Virus record (IMG/VR): IMGVR_UViG_3300037458_000308 | Span: 1 to 29,338 of that record | Length of the DNA: 29,338 nt | Reading direction: 5' to 3' (one strand) | DNA from: a virus | Taxonomy: Duplodnaviria > Caudoviricetes | Shown: in pieces, positions 16,143 through 23,745 of the stretch | How positions within the stretch are numbered: position 1 is the stretch's first letter | Layout of the letters: the number at the start of each line of letters is the position of its first letter | Program-made: the position numbers and the translations under genes | The notes under the pieces: generated by a model | Seen by the model: the letters and a program-made list of their open reading frames with translations, nothing else | What the model was told of the DNA's origin: nothing | Database searches by the model: none

Positions 16143-17480
16143 TTATCTGCCAAGCCTGCCAATACCGCGCAGGAATCCGACGAAGGCGTCGACAAGTGCC
16201 TCGAGTATGCCGACGAACCCGATACCGAAGATCGACGCCGACTGCGCTTGCAGGGCTCCGGTCCCGGTAGAACCGCTCGTTCCGGCTCCGCTCGCCGTCG
16301 CGGCCTGCGACGACAGCGCGCCTGTTCCAGTTGACGATGACGTTCCGCTTGCGGTGACGTCCGCGGCTTGCGCAACGAGAGTGCCAGTTGCGTCCCACGA
16401 CACCAGTCCGTTCACCGTAACGTCACTGCTTCCTGCTGTAAGCGTGCCGGTTCCGGTGGAGCTGCTCGCGCCTGTAGCCGAGAGTGTTGCGGCCGCCGCG
16501 GCGAGCGCGCCGGTAGCTTGCCACGACACGTTTCCGACTCCGGCAAGTGCTGCGTACTGCGACACAAGCGCGCCGGTTCCGATGATGCCGCCTACGCTGC
16601 CGCTGCCGGAAAGCGCAGCAGCCTGCGCCGCGAGCGTTCCTGTTCCGGTCGAATACCCGGTGCCGGTGCCGGATAGCGTAGCTGCTTGCGCCGCCAGCGT
16701 TCCGGTTCCGGTGATCGACGACGCTCCGACAGACACCCATACGCGCCTGCGGATCGGCTGATACAGCGACCACGGGTACTGCGACCATTCGAGAGCTTCC
16801 GCGGCCGAAATGCGCCGGTTCCAGAACGCGGCGTGATAGATCATGCCGTCCAGAAACGTCGTGCCTTCCGTGCGGGAGCCGAAGCACACGGACGGCGTGC
16901 CGGCAATCTCGATATCACCCGTCGCGGTCCCGGTACTCGTTACCGAACGCTCGCGACCGTTGACGACGACGGTCGGGACATCTTGTACCAACGAGCCGGA
17001 CGCTATGACCAGCGTGACTAGCGGGCTGTTCGCGGCGAACGTACCGGAGGCGCATTCGTAGTAGCGATACCCGGTTGCATTGTTGCCGTGCCGAAGCCAC
17101 AACTTGGAGTCGGTGGGGCCGATCCCGAGGCGAATCTCTATACCGGAAAGCGTCGTGCCGGGCTGCCACGAAAACAATCCCGAGTAGTTCGAGAGCGTCT
17201 TAAGGCTGAACAGGAACGCCGCGGAATACCCGCCGGTGAGCGGCGGCATGGCGGTGTATGGAAACAGCGTTGTCTGCCCGCCGGAATACCGCGCACCAAT
17301 GCCGCTGTGACCGGCGCCGGCGGATGCGGTGTTCGTAGTAGGCGCTACGCGGTTTAATCTCGGAACACCGCCTCGTAGGGAGAACTCCCCGACAAGCCCG
17401 CGTGCGATCCCGTCCGTGCGAAGTGCAACCGGCTGATTCGGAGCGATGAGCCGTCGCGACGGGAGAATGATCGCGGACAC
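16143..17480 (-). CDS. LamG / concanavalin A-like lectin domain fibre protein with ~21-aa Gly/Thr/Ala repeats
   Basis: FLDGMIYHAAFWNRRISAAE is a LamG-type C-terminal motif. About 8 repeats of TGTGxLxAQAAxxSGxG follow. SD GGGAG. Confidence 0.75.
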   Translation of the reverse strand: MSAIILPSRRLIAPNQPVALRTDGIARGLVGEFSLRGGVPRLNRVAPTTNTASAGAGHSGIGARYSGGQTTLFPYTAMPPLTGGYSAAFLFSLKTLSNYSGLFSWQPGTTLSGIEIRLGIGPTDSKLWLRHGNNATGYRYYECASGTFAANSPLVTLVIASGSLVQDVPTVVVNGRERSVTSTGTATGDIEIAGTPSVCFGSRTEGTTFLDGMIYHAAFWNRRISAAEALEWSQYPWSLYQPIRRRVWVSVGASSITGTGTLAAQAATLSGTGTGYSTGTGTLAAQAAALSGSGSVGGIIGTGALVSQYAALAGVGNVSWQATGALAAAAATLSATGASSSTGTGTLTAGSSDVTVNGLVSWDATGTLVAQAADVTASGTSSSTGTGALSSQAATASGAGTSGSTGTGALQAQSASIFGIGFVGILEALVDAFVGFLRGIGRLGR

Positions 17481-17493
17481 GATCTGCTCCCGG

Positions 17494-17961
17494 TTACGCC
17501 GTCACGCCCCACGACTCCGAGTACCACGCATCATTGCCCGAGGACGCGATTGCTGCGCCGGTCTCGTTCTTGAGGATGATCTTCGTGGCGTAGGGGAGCG
17601 CCCCCTCCGGGTACGCAGCCGCTAGGTCGAAGATGCGCGTCTGCGCCGTGCTGTTGGTGTTGCAGGGAATGACGCCCACGAGTCGCAGATTCGGCTCGTC
17701 GGTCGTAGTGGTGCCGCTGGTCGGGCCGCTCTCAAAGTTGGTGCCGTCGAGCGACGCCTGTGCGAACACGACCACCTGCTTGTTGCTAGACACCGTACCC
17801 GGCGTCACCTTGATTTCGAGCTTCGCACCGAGCGGGTCGTTCGTGGTGTGTGTGATCGTGCCGATAGCGACATAGGTCGCCGAGGCGAGCGAGTTGATGG
17901 CTGCCGCCGCACCGCTGATCTGCGTGCGTGCGGTCTCTTGGCTGGACTTGAGCGTTCCCAT
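17494..17961 (-). CDS. Putative structural beta-sandwich protein, 155 aa
   Basis: Thr/Ser/Gly-rich, beta-rich (VVVFAQASLDGTNFESG). SD AGGTG. Directly upstream of the lectin fibre. Confidence 0.65.
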   Translation of the reverse strand: MGTLKSSQETARTQISGAAAAINSLASATYVAIGTITHTTNDPLGAKLEIKVTPGTVSSNKQVVVFAQASLDGTNFESGPTSGTTTTDEPNLRLVGVIPCNTNSTAQTRIFDLAAAYPEGALPYATKIILKNETGAAIASSGNDAWYSESWGVTA

Positions 17962-17971
17962 ATGTCACCTA

Positions 17972-18457
17972 TTAGGCGGAGAGCGCCTGCACCACGTCGT
18001 AGTCGCTGATGTAGCCCTCGACCACGAGCGAGCCGGGGTCGGCATCGGTGCCGGTGCCGGTGGCGAACACGCGCTCGCCGCGGGTGGCGAATCGCTTGCA
18101 ACGCACGAGCACCGCGTCACGCACCGCGATCATCGCGGCTGTGCCTTTCCAGCACTCGGCAATACCGGCGCGGACGTTGGACTTGCTCGGGTTGATGACG
18201 CGCATTTGGTTCTGGAAGAGCCACTCCCAAATGCGGGCCTTGCCTGCGCTCAGGTTGTCCACCTGCACCCAGTCAAAACCGTTCTGCATGATCTCGTCCT
18301 GCGGGACGCTGGTGCGCCATGCCGTGAACGTGGAGGGCTTGTTGAACCACTCGGCCATCAGGCCGGTGGCACCCTCGTTGCGAAGCGCCACGAAGGCTGC
18401 GTCGGTCTCAGCGAGGATCGCTGCCTTTAGGGTTTGGAGTTGTGCGGGGGTCAGCAT
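17972..18457 (-). CDS. Hypothetical phage protein, 161 aa
   Basis: MLTPAQLQTLKAAILAE..., protein-like composition, collinear in the operon. Confidence 0.7.
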   Translation of the reverse strand: MLTPAQLQTLKAAILAETDAAFVALRNEGATGLMAEWFNKPSTFTAWRTSVPQDEIMQNGFDWVQVDNLSAGKARIWEWLFQNQMRVINPSKSNVRAGIAECWKGTAAMIAVRDAVLVRCKRFATRGERVFATGTGTDADPGSLVVEGYISDYDVVQALSA

Positions 18458-18626
18458 GGTGCGGAGCCTTGTTGATGTAGTCGATGAGCGGGGCTTCCAT
18501 CAGGATGCCGCCTTGGAATTCGGAGTTGTCGTCGCTCGCGAGTACGATGTTGGCCTCTGATACAAACACGTCGCCTAGCCTATCGTACGCGTCGCCGAGG
18601 TCAAGTATCAGGTCCGACAGCCTCAC
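18408..18626 (-). CDS. Hypothetical protein, 72 aa
   Basis: GTGA overlap with the upstream stop. Fills a ~165-bp gap but overlaps the next gene by 50 nt. Confidence 0.45.
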   Translation of the reverse strand: MRLSDLILDLGDAYDRLGDVFVSEANIVLASDDNSEFQGGILMEAPLIDYINKAPHHADPRTTPNPKGSDPR

Positions 18627-19000
18627 GGCATCGCGCTGTACGAGAGCGCGGATACGCTGACCGCCTGCCCGGCCGACACCGACACGCTATTCAGCTCGAT
18701 GTCGCCGCCGCCGCCTGTCGCGGTCACGGAGCAGATGATCTTGTCGGTCGACGCGCTTGACTGCAGCCGTGCCTTGGCGATCGTGCCGCCTGTGGCGCTC
18801 GAGTCCTGCGTGATCGCGCTCGCGGTCGCCGTGCCTGCGGATGCGGCGCCGAATGCCGGGTCCGAGAACGTGAGCGTAGCAACCTCGACGTCGCCGGACG
18901 TCTGGAACACGAGCAGGCCGGCACCGGCACCTTCGTCGATCTGATCGACGATGAAATCGCAGACCGCGGTGCGAACCGCTGTCGGGTGAGTTACAGCCAT
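18623..19000 (-). CDS. Putative minor structural protein, 125 aa (beta-sandwich)
   Basis: VATLTFSDPAFGAASAGTATASAIT...GGGGDIELNSVSVSAGQAVSV resembles small phage tail/fibre-associated proteins. SD GGAGG. Confidence 0.65.
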   Translation of the reverse strand: MAVTHPTAVRTAVCDFIVDQIDEGAGAGLLVFQTSGDVEVATLTFSDPAFGAASAGTATASAITQDSSATGGTIAKARLQSSASTDKIICSVTATGGGGDIELNSVSVSAGQAVSVSALSYSAMP

Positions 19001-19290
19001 TGGAACATCCTCCGCAGTAGCGACGGGCGCTCCTCCGTCGGTTTCGTTTCGACCGGCACCGGGTTGTCACTCACCGTGCCGACCCCTCTTACGTTCGCGG
19101 CTGCTGCGCCAGCGTCGTTAGCCGCGCTGGTGTGCGTGTCGCCGATAACTTCCGCCTTGCCTTCCACCACCCACTTCTCCAGCGCGGCGGCCAGTTTATC
19201 GTTGCCTTCGCGAACCGTGTACTTCAGGCCGGCGATGTACTGGCTTCTGAATTCGTCCGAGTAGAAATCTTTCGTCACGATGAAACGCAT
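18991..19290 (-). CDS. Hypothetical protein, 99 aa
   Basis: SD GGGGAG; overlaps the next start. Confidence 0.7.
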   Translation of the reverse strand: MRFIVTKDFYSDEFRSQYIAGLKYTVREGNDKLAAALEKWVVEGKAEVIGDTHTSAANDAGAAAANVRGVGTVSDNPVPVETKPTEERPSLLRRMFQWL

Positions 19291-19305
19291 GTCGCTCCCC
19301 GTTCG

Positions 19306-19584
19306 TTATGTGTTGCTGACCGCTGCGACCTTCATGCCGGGCTCGACGGCGAAATACTCCGTCTGCCCCGCGGCCAGTCGCGCGGTGCTCGTCGTCGCGG
19401 TAGGATTCAAGCCGAAGGCGATCGAGCAAATCGAGTCCGTGTGGATGCGCACAAGACGCGTGTCAGCGCCGAAGGCGGCCGACTGCGTGGTCGTGGTGTA
19501 GGTGACAACTTGTTCCGCCGCGGCAGGTGCGCGCGCGGATTGCGCGTCGTAGTCGCGAAACTCGGTGATGTAGAGCTTGCCCAT
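19306..19584 (-). CDS. Small putative virion protein, 92 aa
   Basis: Start MGKLYITEF at 19584 with SD AGGA. TRLVRIHTDSICSIAFGLNPTATT...LAAGQTEYF is a beta-rich small phage protein pattern. Confidence 0.7.
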   Translation of the reverse strand: MGKLYITEFRDYDAQSARAPAAAEQVVTYTTTTQSAAFGADTRLVRIHTDSICSIAFGLNPTATTSTARLAAGQTEYFAVEPGMKVAAVSNT

Positions 19585-19586
19585 TG

Positions 19587-20312
19587 CTAGTCCTTCCTGT
19601 AGACGTGATCGAGGCCGAGGGACGCGACGACGTCGCCACGGTAGGAGTGCAGCCCGATGTGGCCCAAGCTGATCGTCGGGTCGAGCCAGATGTCGTACCC
19701 GGCCTCGCGCAAGTCGGCGAAGAGGGCCATGTCCTCGCCGCGCACGTTGCGCCGCCCGGTGGCCGGGTCGACGCGGGTATCCAGACGGAACAGCTCGGCC
19801 ATTTCGCGCCCGGCCAGCTCGTCCCACACGGTCTCTTTGGTGCGCGCCACGGAAGCGACCGCGTCGCGCGTCATCACCGTGAAGCCTAGCCCGGCGCCTT
19901 CGATCTTCACGAGCCCGAGCGGGTTGATCTCGTAATTCTGAAGGTCAGGGTGCCGGATGATGAAGCGCTTCGCCTCGCTCTTGACCGGGTACGCGGCGCA
20001 GGCCACGTCAACCTTCGTCGAGAACGCGAGCAGCTTCAGGAAATCGGCGGGCTCCCACTCGATGTCGCTGTCGATCCAGAAGAGCCTCGACATCGACCCG
20101 CGCAGGAACGCGTCTGCAGTGGCGTTGCGCGCCACGGTGACGACGGAGGAGCCGATGATCATCGCGATGTCCACCGGAATGCCGCGCGACGCGCAGGCCC
20201 GTGTGGTAGCGGCGAGAGACCGCGCGGTCTTCGCCGGTATGCTGCCCCCGCAGGGGAAGCCGATGCAGACAGAGACGTCCTTCGCCTTAACTTCGATGTC
20301 CGTCGTCGTCAC
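19587..20312 (-). CDS. GT-A fold (GT2-like) glycosyltransferase, 241 aa
   Basis: GTG at 20312 after SD GGAG. VSVCIGFP first strand, SVVTVARN, LFWIDSDIEW (DxD), GAGLGFTVMTRDA, GEDMALF, IWLDPTISLGHIG. Confidence 0.8.
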   Translation of the reverse strand: MTTTDIEVKAKDVSVCIGFPCGGSIPAKTARSLAATTRACASRGIPVDIAMIIGSSVVTVARNATADAFLRGSMSRLFWIDSDIEWEPADFLKLLAFSTKVDVACAAYPVKSEAKRFIIRHPDLQNYEINPLGLVKIEGAGLGFTVMTRDAVASVARTKETVWDELAGREMAELFRLDTRVDPATGRRNVRGEDMALFADLREAGYDIWLDPTISLGHIGLHSYRGDVVASLGLDHVYRKD

Positions 20313-20433
20313 GTTTTCGCTCCGTGATTTCCAGCAACAGCGACCGGGCAACGCAAAGCACGAGGCCCGTCAAAACAGCGCCGGCGATGCCGAGCCCGAT
20401 GACTCGGACCAGCACGCCGGCGATCACGCGCAT
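20287..20433 (-). CDS. Small single-TM membrane protein, 48 aa (below the ORF-track cutoff)
   Basis: MRVIAGVLVRVIGLGIAGAVLTGLVLCVARSLLLEITERKRDDDGHRS*. Starts 4 nt after the upstream stop and fills the gap. No strong SD. Confidence 0.5.
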   Translation of the reverse strand: MRVIAGVLVRVIGLGIAGAVLTGLVLCVARSLLLEITERKRDDDGHRS

Positions 20434-20437
20434 TGCA

Positions 20438-20917
20438 TTACGTCTGCGAGAAGCCAGTCGCCAGCGTGCCCGAGCCGTTCGCTTCGATACGAACGAGCCA
20501 CGTGCCGGCGGCGAGGTCGATCAGCTCCGCGCGGTCGCCGCGGAGGCCACCCGTGGTCGTGTTGTCGAACGTGTACTTGTCCGAGGTCGCGGTCGTGTGG
20601 AACACGTCGGTGGAGCCGGCGGTTTCCGAGCGCACGAAGGCGGAGCCCGAGAACACGTCCGTCCCGAGCGCGGCGATCACGAGGTCTTGCGTCAGGACAG
20701 CGTTGTTGAGGATTAAATACTTGTCGCCCGTGCCCTTCGCCGGCGGGAGGGTGATCGTCTGCGCCGCGTTCGTGAATTCGGCCGAGATGACGATCACGCG
20801 ATTCGCGTGGTCTTGGGGCGTCAGGCTCCGGTTCGCGGCGGTCGTGAAGCGAACCACACGCTCGTTGAGCGTATCGGGCTCGTTCGCGAGGCCGGCGGGG
20901 GAGGAGAGACGGCTCAT
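20438..20917 (-). CDS. Putative capsid decoration / head fibre protein, 159 aa
   Basis: Immediately after the major capsid gene. Beta-rich (TITLPPAKGTGDKY..., GTWLVRIEANGSGTLATGF). SD AAAGGA. Confidence 0.6.
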   Translation of the reverse strand: MSRLSSPAGLANEPDTLNERVVRFTTAANRSLTPQDHANRVIVISAEFTNAAQTITLPPAKGTGDKYLILNNAVLTQDLVIAALGTDVFSGSAFVRSETAGSTDVFHTTATSDKYTFDNTTTGGLRGDRAELIDLAAGTWLVRIEANGSGTLATGFSQT

Positions 20918-20944
20918 GGATGATCCTTTCTTGGTTGCAGATGC

Positions 20945-20972
20945 GGGGCGGTGCCCGGTTAGGCACCGCCCC
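20945..20972 (-). terminator. Strong hairpin downstream of the major capsid gene (attenuator or mRNA stabiliser; no U-tract)
   Basis: 11-bp perfect stem ggggcggtgcc / ggcaccgcccc with a 6-nt loop. Confidence 0.55.
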
Positions 20973-20992
20973 CTAGCTTACCCTTGTGGGGA

Positions 20993-21922
20993 TCAGCCCG
21001 GCATCGCGATCGGCACGCCGCCGAGGTCGTACGCTTCCTTGCAGCCGAAGATCGTGTCGGCCGTGAGGAGGGTCGCGAGGTACTGCTGCTGGTACTGCGT
21101 CTGCACGCGGGCCGCGAGGACGTCGGCGAGGACGATCGCGTCTTTGTGGGCCAGCAGGCCGATCTTCACGGTCGTCGACGTGTCGGGGCTCGGGCAGTTG
21201 CTCGAGACGTGGACGGCCACGCCGTAGACGTTGCCCAGCTTGCCGTTCTTGATGACGTTGCCGTCACCGACGAAGGCTTGCTCCGAGAAGCGCGCGAGGC
21301 CCATGAGGGTCTTGCGGCCAACCGGCGGGATCACGAGATACCGATCGTTCATCGGGATGTCGTTGTCGTCGAGGGTCTGGATGACCCGGCGGATGCCAGC
21401 GTCGGTGATCGCGGCGGCGTTGCTCGACGCGTCGGTGAACGCGGTCGTGCCGTCGGAACCGATCACGGCGCCGTTCCAGTCTTCCGACACGGTGCCGCCG
21501 TTGAGGGTCTGCGCGGCCTTGAAGAGCGCCGTGTCCTTCGCCTTCGACAGCGAGTAGCCGGCGTCGTCGGTGTACCACCGGCGCAGCGACGGGAGCGCGT
21601 GCACTTCGGCGATGTCTTCGATCAGGCGGCTGTACTCCCAGTGCCCGGTCAGGGCGATGACCACCGGCGCGTTGCCGGTTTCTTGGATCAGCGTGACTTG
21701 GGTCTCGCTCGTCTTCGCCGAGGCGGAGCCGCGGACGGGCTTCGGCAGGGTGACGCTGTCGCCACGCTTGCCTTTGACGTTGACCTTGCGAACGAGGGAC
21801 GCGAGCACGAGGTTCTTCTTGTGCGCGGCCATGATTTCGTCGATCCAAAGATCGGGAACGAAACCGGCGGTCGCCAGCTCGGAGCTGATGACCGAATTGG
21901 TGGGGCTAAACTCGCCAGCCAT
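20993..21922 (-). CDS. Major capsid protein, 309 aa
   Basis: FVPDLWIDEIMAAHKKNLV, GKRGDSVTLPKP, YTDDAGYSLSK, LDDNDIPMNDRYLVIPP, GNVYGVAVHVSSN, TADTIFG. Strong SD AAGGAG. Follows the scaffold gene. Confidence 0.92.
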   Translation of the reverse strand: MAGEFSPTNSVISSELATAGFVPDLWIDEIMAAHKKNLVLASLVRKVNVKGKRGDSVTLPKPVRGSASAKTSETQVTLIQETGNAPVVIALTGHWEYSRLIEDIAEVHALPSLRRWYTDDAGYSLSKAKDTALFKAAQTLNGGTVSEDWNGAVIGSDGTTAFTDASSNAAAITDAGIRRVIQTLDDNDIPMNDRYLVIPPVGRKTLMGLARFSEQAFVGDGNVIKNGKLGNVYGVAVHVSSNCPSPDTSTTVKIGLLAHKDAIVLADVLAARVQTQYQQQYLATLLTADTIFGCKEAYDLGGVPIAMPG

Positions 21923-22127
21923 TTTGTAACTCCTTGAGTTTACTACGGGTTAGGAAAAGTGTTGTCCTGTTTTCACCTTCGGCCGTTGTCCTTGCGGGCG
22001 GCGCCGGGCATTGGGTTTTCACCTTTCCCACTCAGGAGTGCGTGGGGGTGGCGCGGTGTCGGCGGAGGCTGCGCGAGCCCTGTCCGCCCTTGAAGTAGTC
22101 GTAGGGCGCCCGTTTCCGGGCTCCCTA
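21923..22127 (-). promoter_or_regulatory. ~200-nt structured 5' leader of the major capsid gene
   Basis: GAAA-tetraloop hairpin (22102-22127), hairpin 22061-22088, GCAA-tetraloop hairpin with C/ACAA internal loop (21982-22002), duplicated AAGGTGAAAAC, and an SD-occluding hairpin GTAAACTC-AAG-GAGTTAC. Confidence 0.6.
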
Positions 22128-22130
22128 TCA

Positions 22131-22162
22131 TCAGTATAGCACGTTCCCGCCGAAACGCTCGG
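22131..22162 (-). promoter_or_regulatory. Late promoter, copy 2: CCGAGCGTTT-N9-CGTGCTATACTGA
   Basis: Extended -10 TGcTATACT. Both blocks are identical to those at 28359-28391. Confidence 0.7.
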
Positions 22163-22163
22163 G

Positions 22164-23045
22164 TCAGCGAACCCGGCCCTCCTCGTACGCCTTCTGGATT
22201 TCGTGCGACAGAGCCTCGTAGCGCTCCGGGTCGTTCTCCATCAGGGCGAGGATGTCCGCCCGGCGGTAGGTTTTCTTCGCCCCGGTGTTCCCGGTGGGGG
22301 CCGCGCCGCTCGGCACCTGCGCGGCCCTCAGTTGCTCCTTCCGGGTGGCCTCCTTCGCCTGCTTGACGGGCTCCGCGGCGGCCGTCATGGCGGTCTTCAG
22401 CTGCTTCCACGTGCCGAACAGCTCGTCCGCGGCGTCGAAGTCGAACGCCACGTGCGCGCGCTTGAAGAGCGCCTGCCGGACCTTCGAGGAGCCGACCCAA
22501 TCGCGGAACCCCTCGTCGGCCAGCACGTCGGCGGCGTCCGGGTGCGCCTTGTCGAACGCGTTCTTCGCGGTAAGGCGGCCGATTCGGATGCGCTCGGCGG
22601 CCAGCTCGGCGCTGGACTTCTCCGCGGCCTTGACGGCGGGGTGCTCGGAAATCAGCTGGTCGATCGCCTCCTTCGGACGGGCGAAGATGTCCGCCTCGTC
22701 GAGGGCTTTCGGGGCCGGCTTGGCCTCCGCGGGGGCCTGCTTCGCCGCCAGCGAGGCGCGGATCGCCGTGTCGGCCAGCCGGCGCAGCTCGCCGACCTCT
22801 TGGCCCTGCCGGCCGATCACCTTCTGCGCCTCCGAGTACATCGCGATCACGTCCTTGAGGGACTTCCCGCGGAATTGCTCGGGGAGATCGCCCTCGACGG
22901 GCTCTTTCGGCTCGGCTTTCGGTTCGCCGGCGCCCGCGGACGCGTCGTCGTCGACGTAGTGGTTCGTCTCGATTCCTTCGATTGCGCCGACTTCATCGTC
23001 GGGAAGTACCTGCGCGCCGCTGCTGACGGGTGCGAAATTGCTCAT
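22164..23045 (-). CDS. Capsid scaffolding protein, 293 aa
   Basis: Acidic N-terminus, LPEQFRGKS...YSEAQKVIGRQGQEVGELRRLAD, C-terminal RRADILALMENDPERYEALSHEIQKAYEEGRVR. Directly upstream of the capsid gene. Confidence 0.88.
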   Translation of the reverse strand: MSNFAPVSSGAQVLPDDEVGAIEGIETNHYVDDDASAGAGEPKAEPKEPVEGDLPEQFRGKSLKDVIAMYSEAQKVIGRQGQEVGELRRLADTAIRASLAAKQAPAEAKPAPKALDEADIFARPKEAIDQLISEHPAVKAAEKSSAELAAERIRIGRLTAKNAFDKAHPDAADVLADEGFRDWVGSSKVRQALFKRAHVAFDFDAADELFGTWKQLKTAMTAAAEPVKQAKEATRKEQLRAAQVPSGAAPTGNTGAKKTYRRADILALMENDPERYEALSHEIQKAYEEGRVR

Positions 23046-23048
23046 GCT

Positions 23049-23112
23049 GGCTTGTCCTCGCTCTAGGGGCCGTTGGTGGAGCCGTTCCGGGTGCCCCGTA
23101 GGACCGGACGGC
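23049..23112 (-). promoter_or_regulatory. Structured leader of the scaffold gene
   Basis: cUACGg-capped hairpin (23081-23112), plus hairpin GGC-C-CCU-AGAGCG-AGG-ACAA-GCC (23049-23071) that contains the SD. Confidence 0.55.
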
Positions 23113-23118
23113 GGGTAA

Positions 23119-23391
23119 TCAGTCGTTGCAGGGGCGCCCGTTCAGGTAGGTGCCGTGGTCGCGCATGACGCGCTGCTCTTTCGCCATGTGCTCGTTGCGC
23201 TTTCGCTCCCACGCGTCCGCCGCGCCGGGGAAAGCGCCCGTGATGCCCTCTAGTTTCGCCCGCGGCGCCGCCACGAGGCGCGTCGCGGGGTGTCCGCAGA
23301 CCGGGCAGGCCACCGTTCGCGTCTCGTGATCGGTCACGAAGACCTCGCTGACGTGCCCGTCGACGCATCGGAAGTCGAATACGCGGGCCAT
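23119..23391 (-). CDS. FmdB-like zinc-ribbon protein, 90 aa
   Basis: Start MARVFDFRCVDGH at 23391 (ATGA overlap). CxxxH...CPVCG...RLVAAP pattern. Confidence 0.8.
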   Translation of the reverse strand: MARVFDFRCVDGHVSEVFVTDHETRTVACPVCGHPATRLVAAPRAKLEGITGAFPGAADAWERKRNEHMAKEQRVMRDHGTYLNGRPCND

Positions 23392-23648
23392 CAGTCGCTC
23401 TCCTGCTCGAGAAGGCCCTCGTAGGCGAGATCGGTGGCGGCGCGCTTGTTGCGCAGCCAGTTGATGATGTCGATCTGGCCCTGCTTGTACCGCAAATCGG
23501 CCTCGCTCGTGACCTTCATGATGTCCGCGAGCGGCTTTTCCAGCTCGTCGAGGTCCTCGAGGAGGAATTGCCACCCCTTCGACCGGAACATCAGGCCGAC
23601 TTCGTCGTAATACTCCTGCAGGGCCTTGTCCGCCAGCTGCTTTTCCAT
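23391..23648 (-). CDS. Small helical protein following the portal gene, 85 aa
   Basis: SD GGAG. LQEYY...MFRSKGWQFLLEDL...LRYKQGQIDIINWL pattern typical of post-portal genes. Confidence 0.8.
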   Translation of the reverse strand: MEKQLADKALQEYYDEVGLMFRSKGWQFLLEDLDELEKPLADIMKVTSEADLRYKQGQIDIINWLRNKRAATDLAYEGLLEQESD

Positions 23649-23651
23649 CGG

Positions 23652-23736
23652 TTCGCTCCCGATTCGCTCCTGTTAGGTGGGGTGACGGGGTTCTAACCCG
23701 TCCAAAGGTGCGCGGGAGCGAAGCGCGCACCACCCC
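23652..23736 (-). promoter_or_regulatory. Predicted three-way-junction RNA with an anti-SD loop between the portal and the 85-aa gene
   Basis: Stems of 5, 8 and 6 bp. Loop CUUCGCUCC is complementary to two downstream GGAGCGAA copies. Confidence 0.55.
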
Positions 23737-23745
23737 CGTTGACCG

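Noticed and set aside
21973-22500. Alternate-frame ORF overlapping the scaffold 3' end, suggesting a frameshift extension
   Set aside because: No convincing slippery site identified, and the extension would run through the promoter and structured leader. Only the terminal 12-codon uORF is kept as a possibility.
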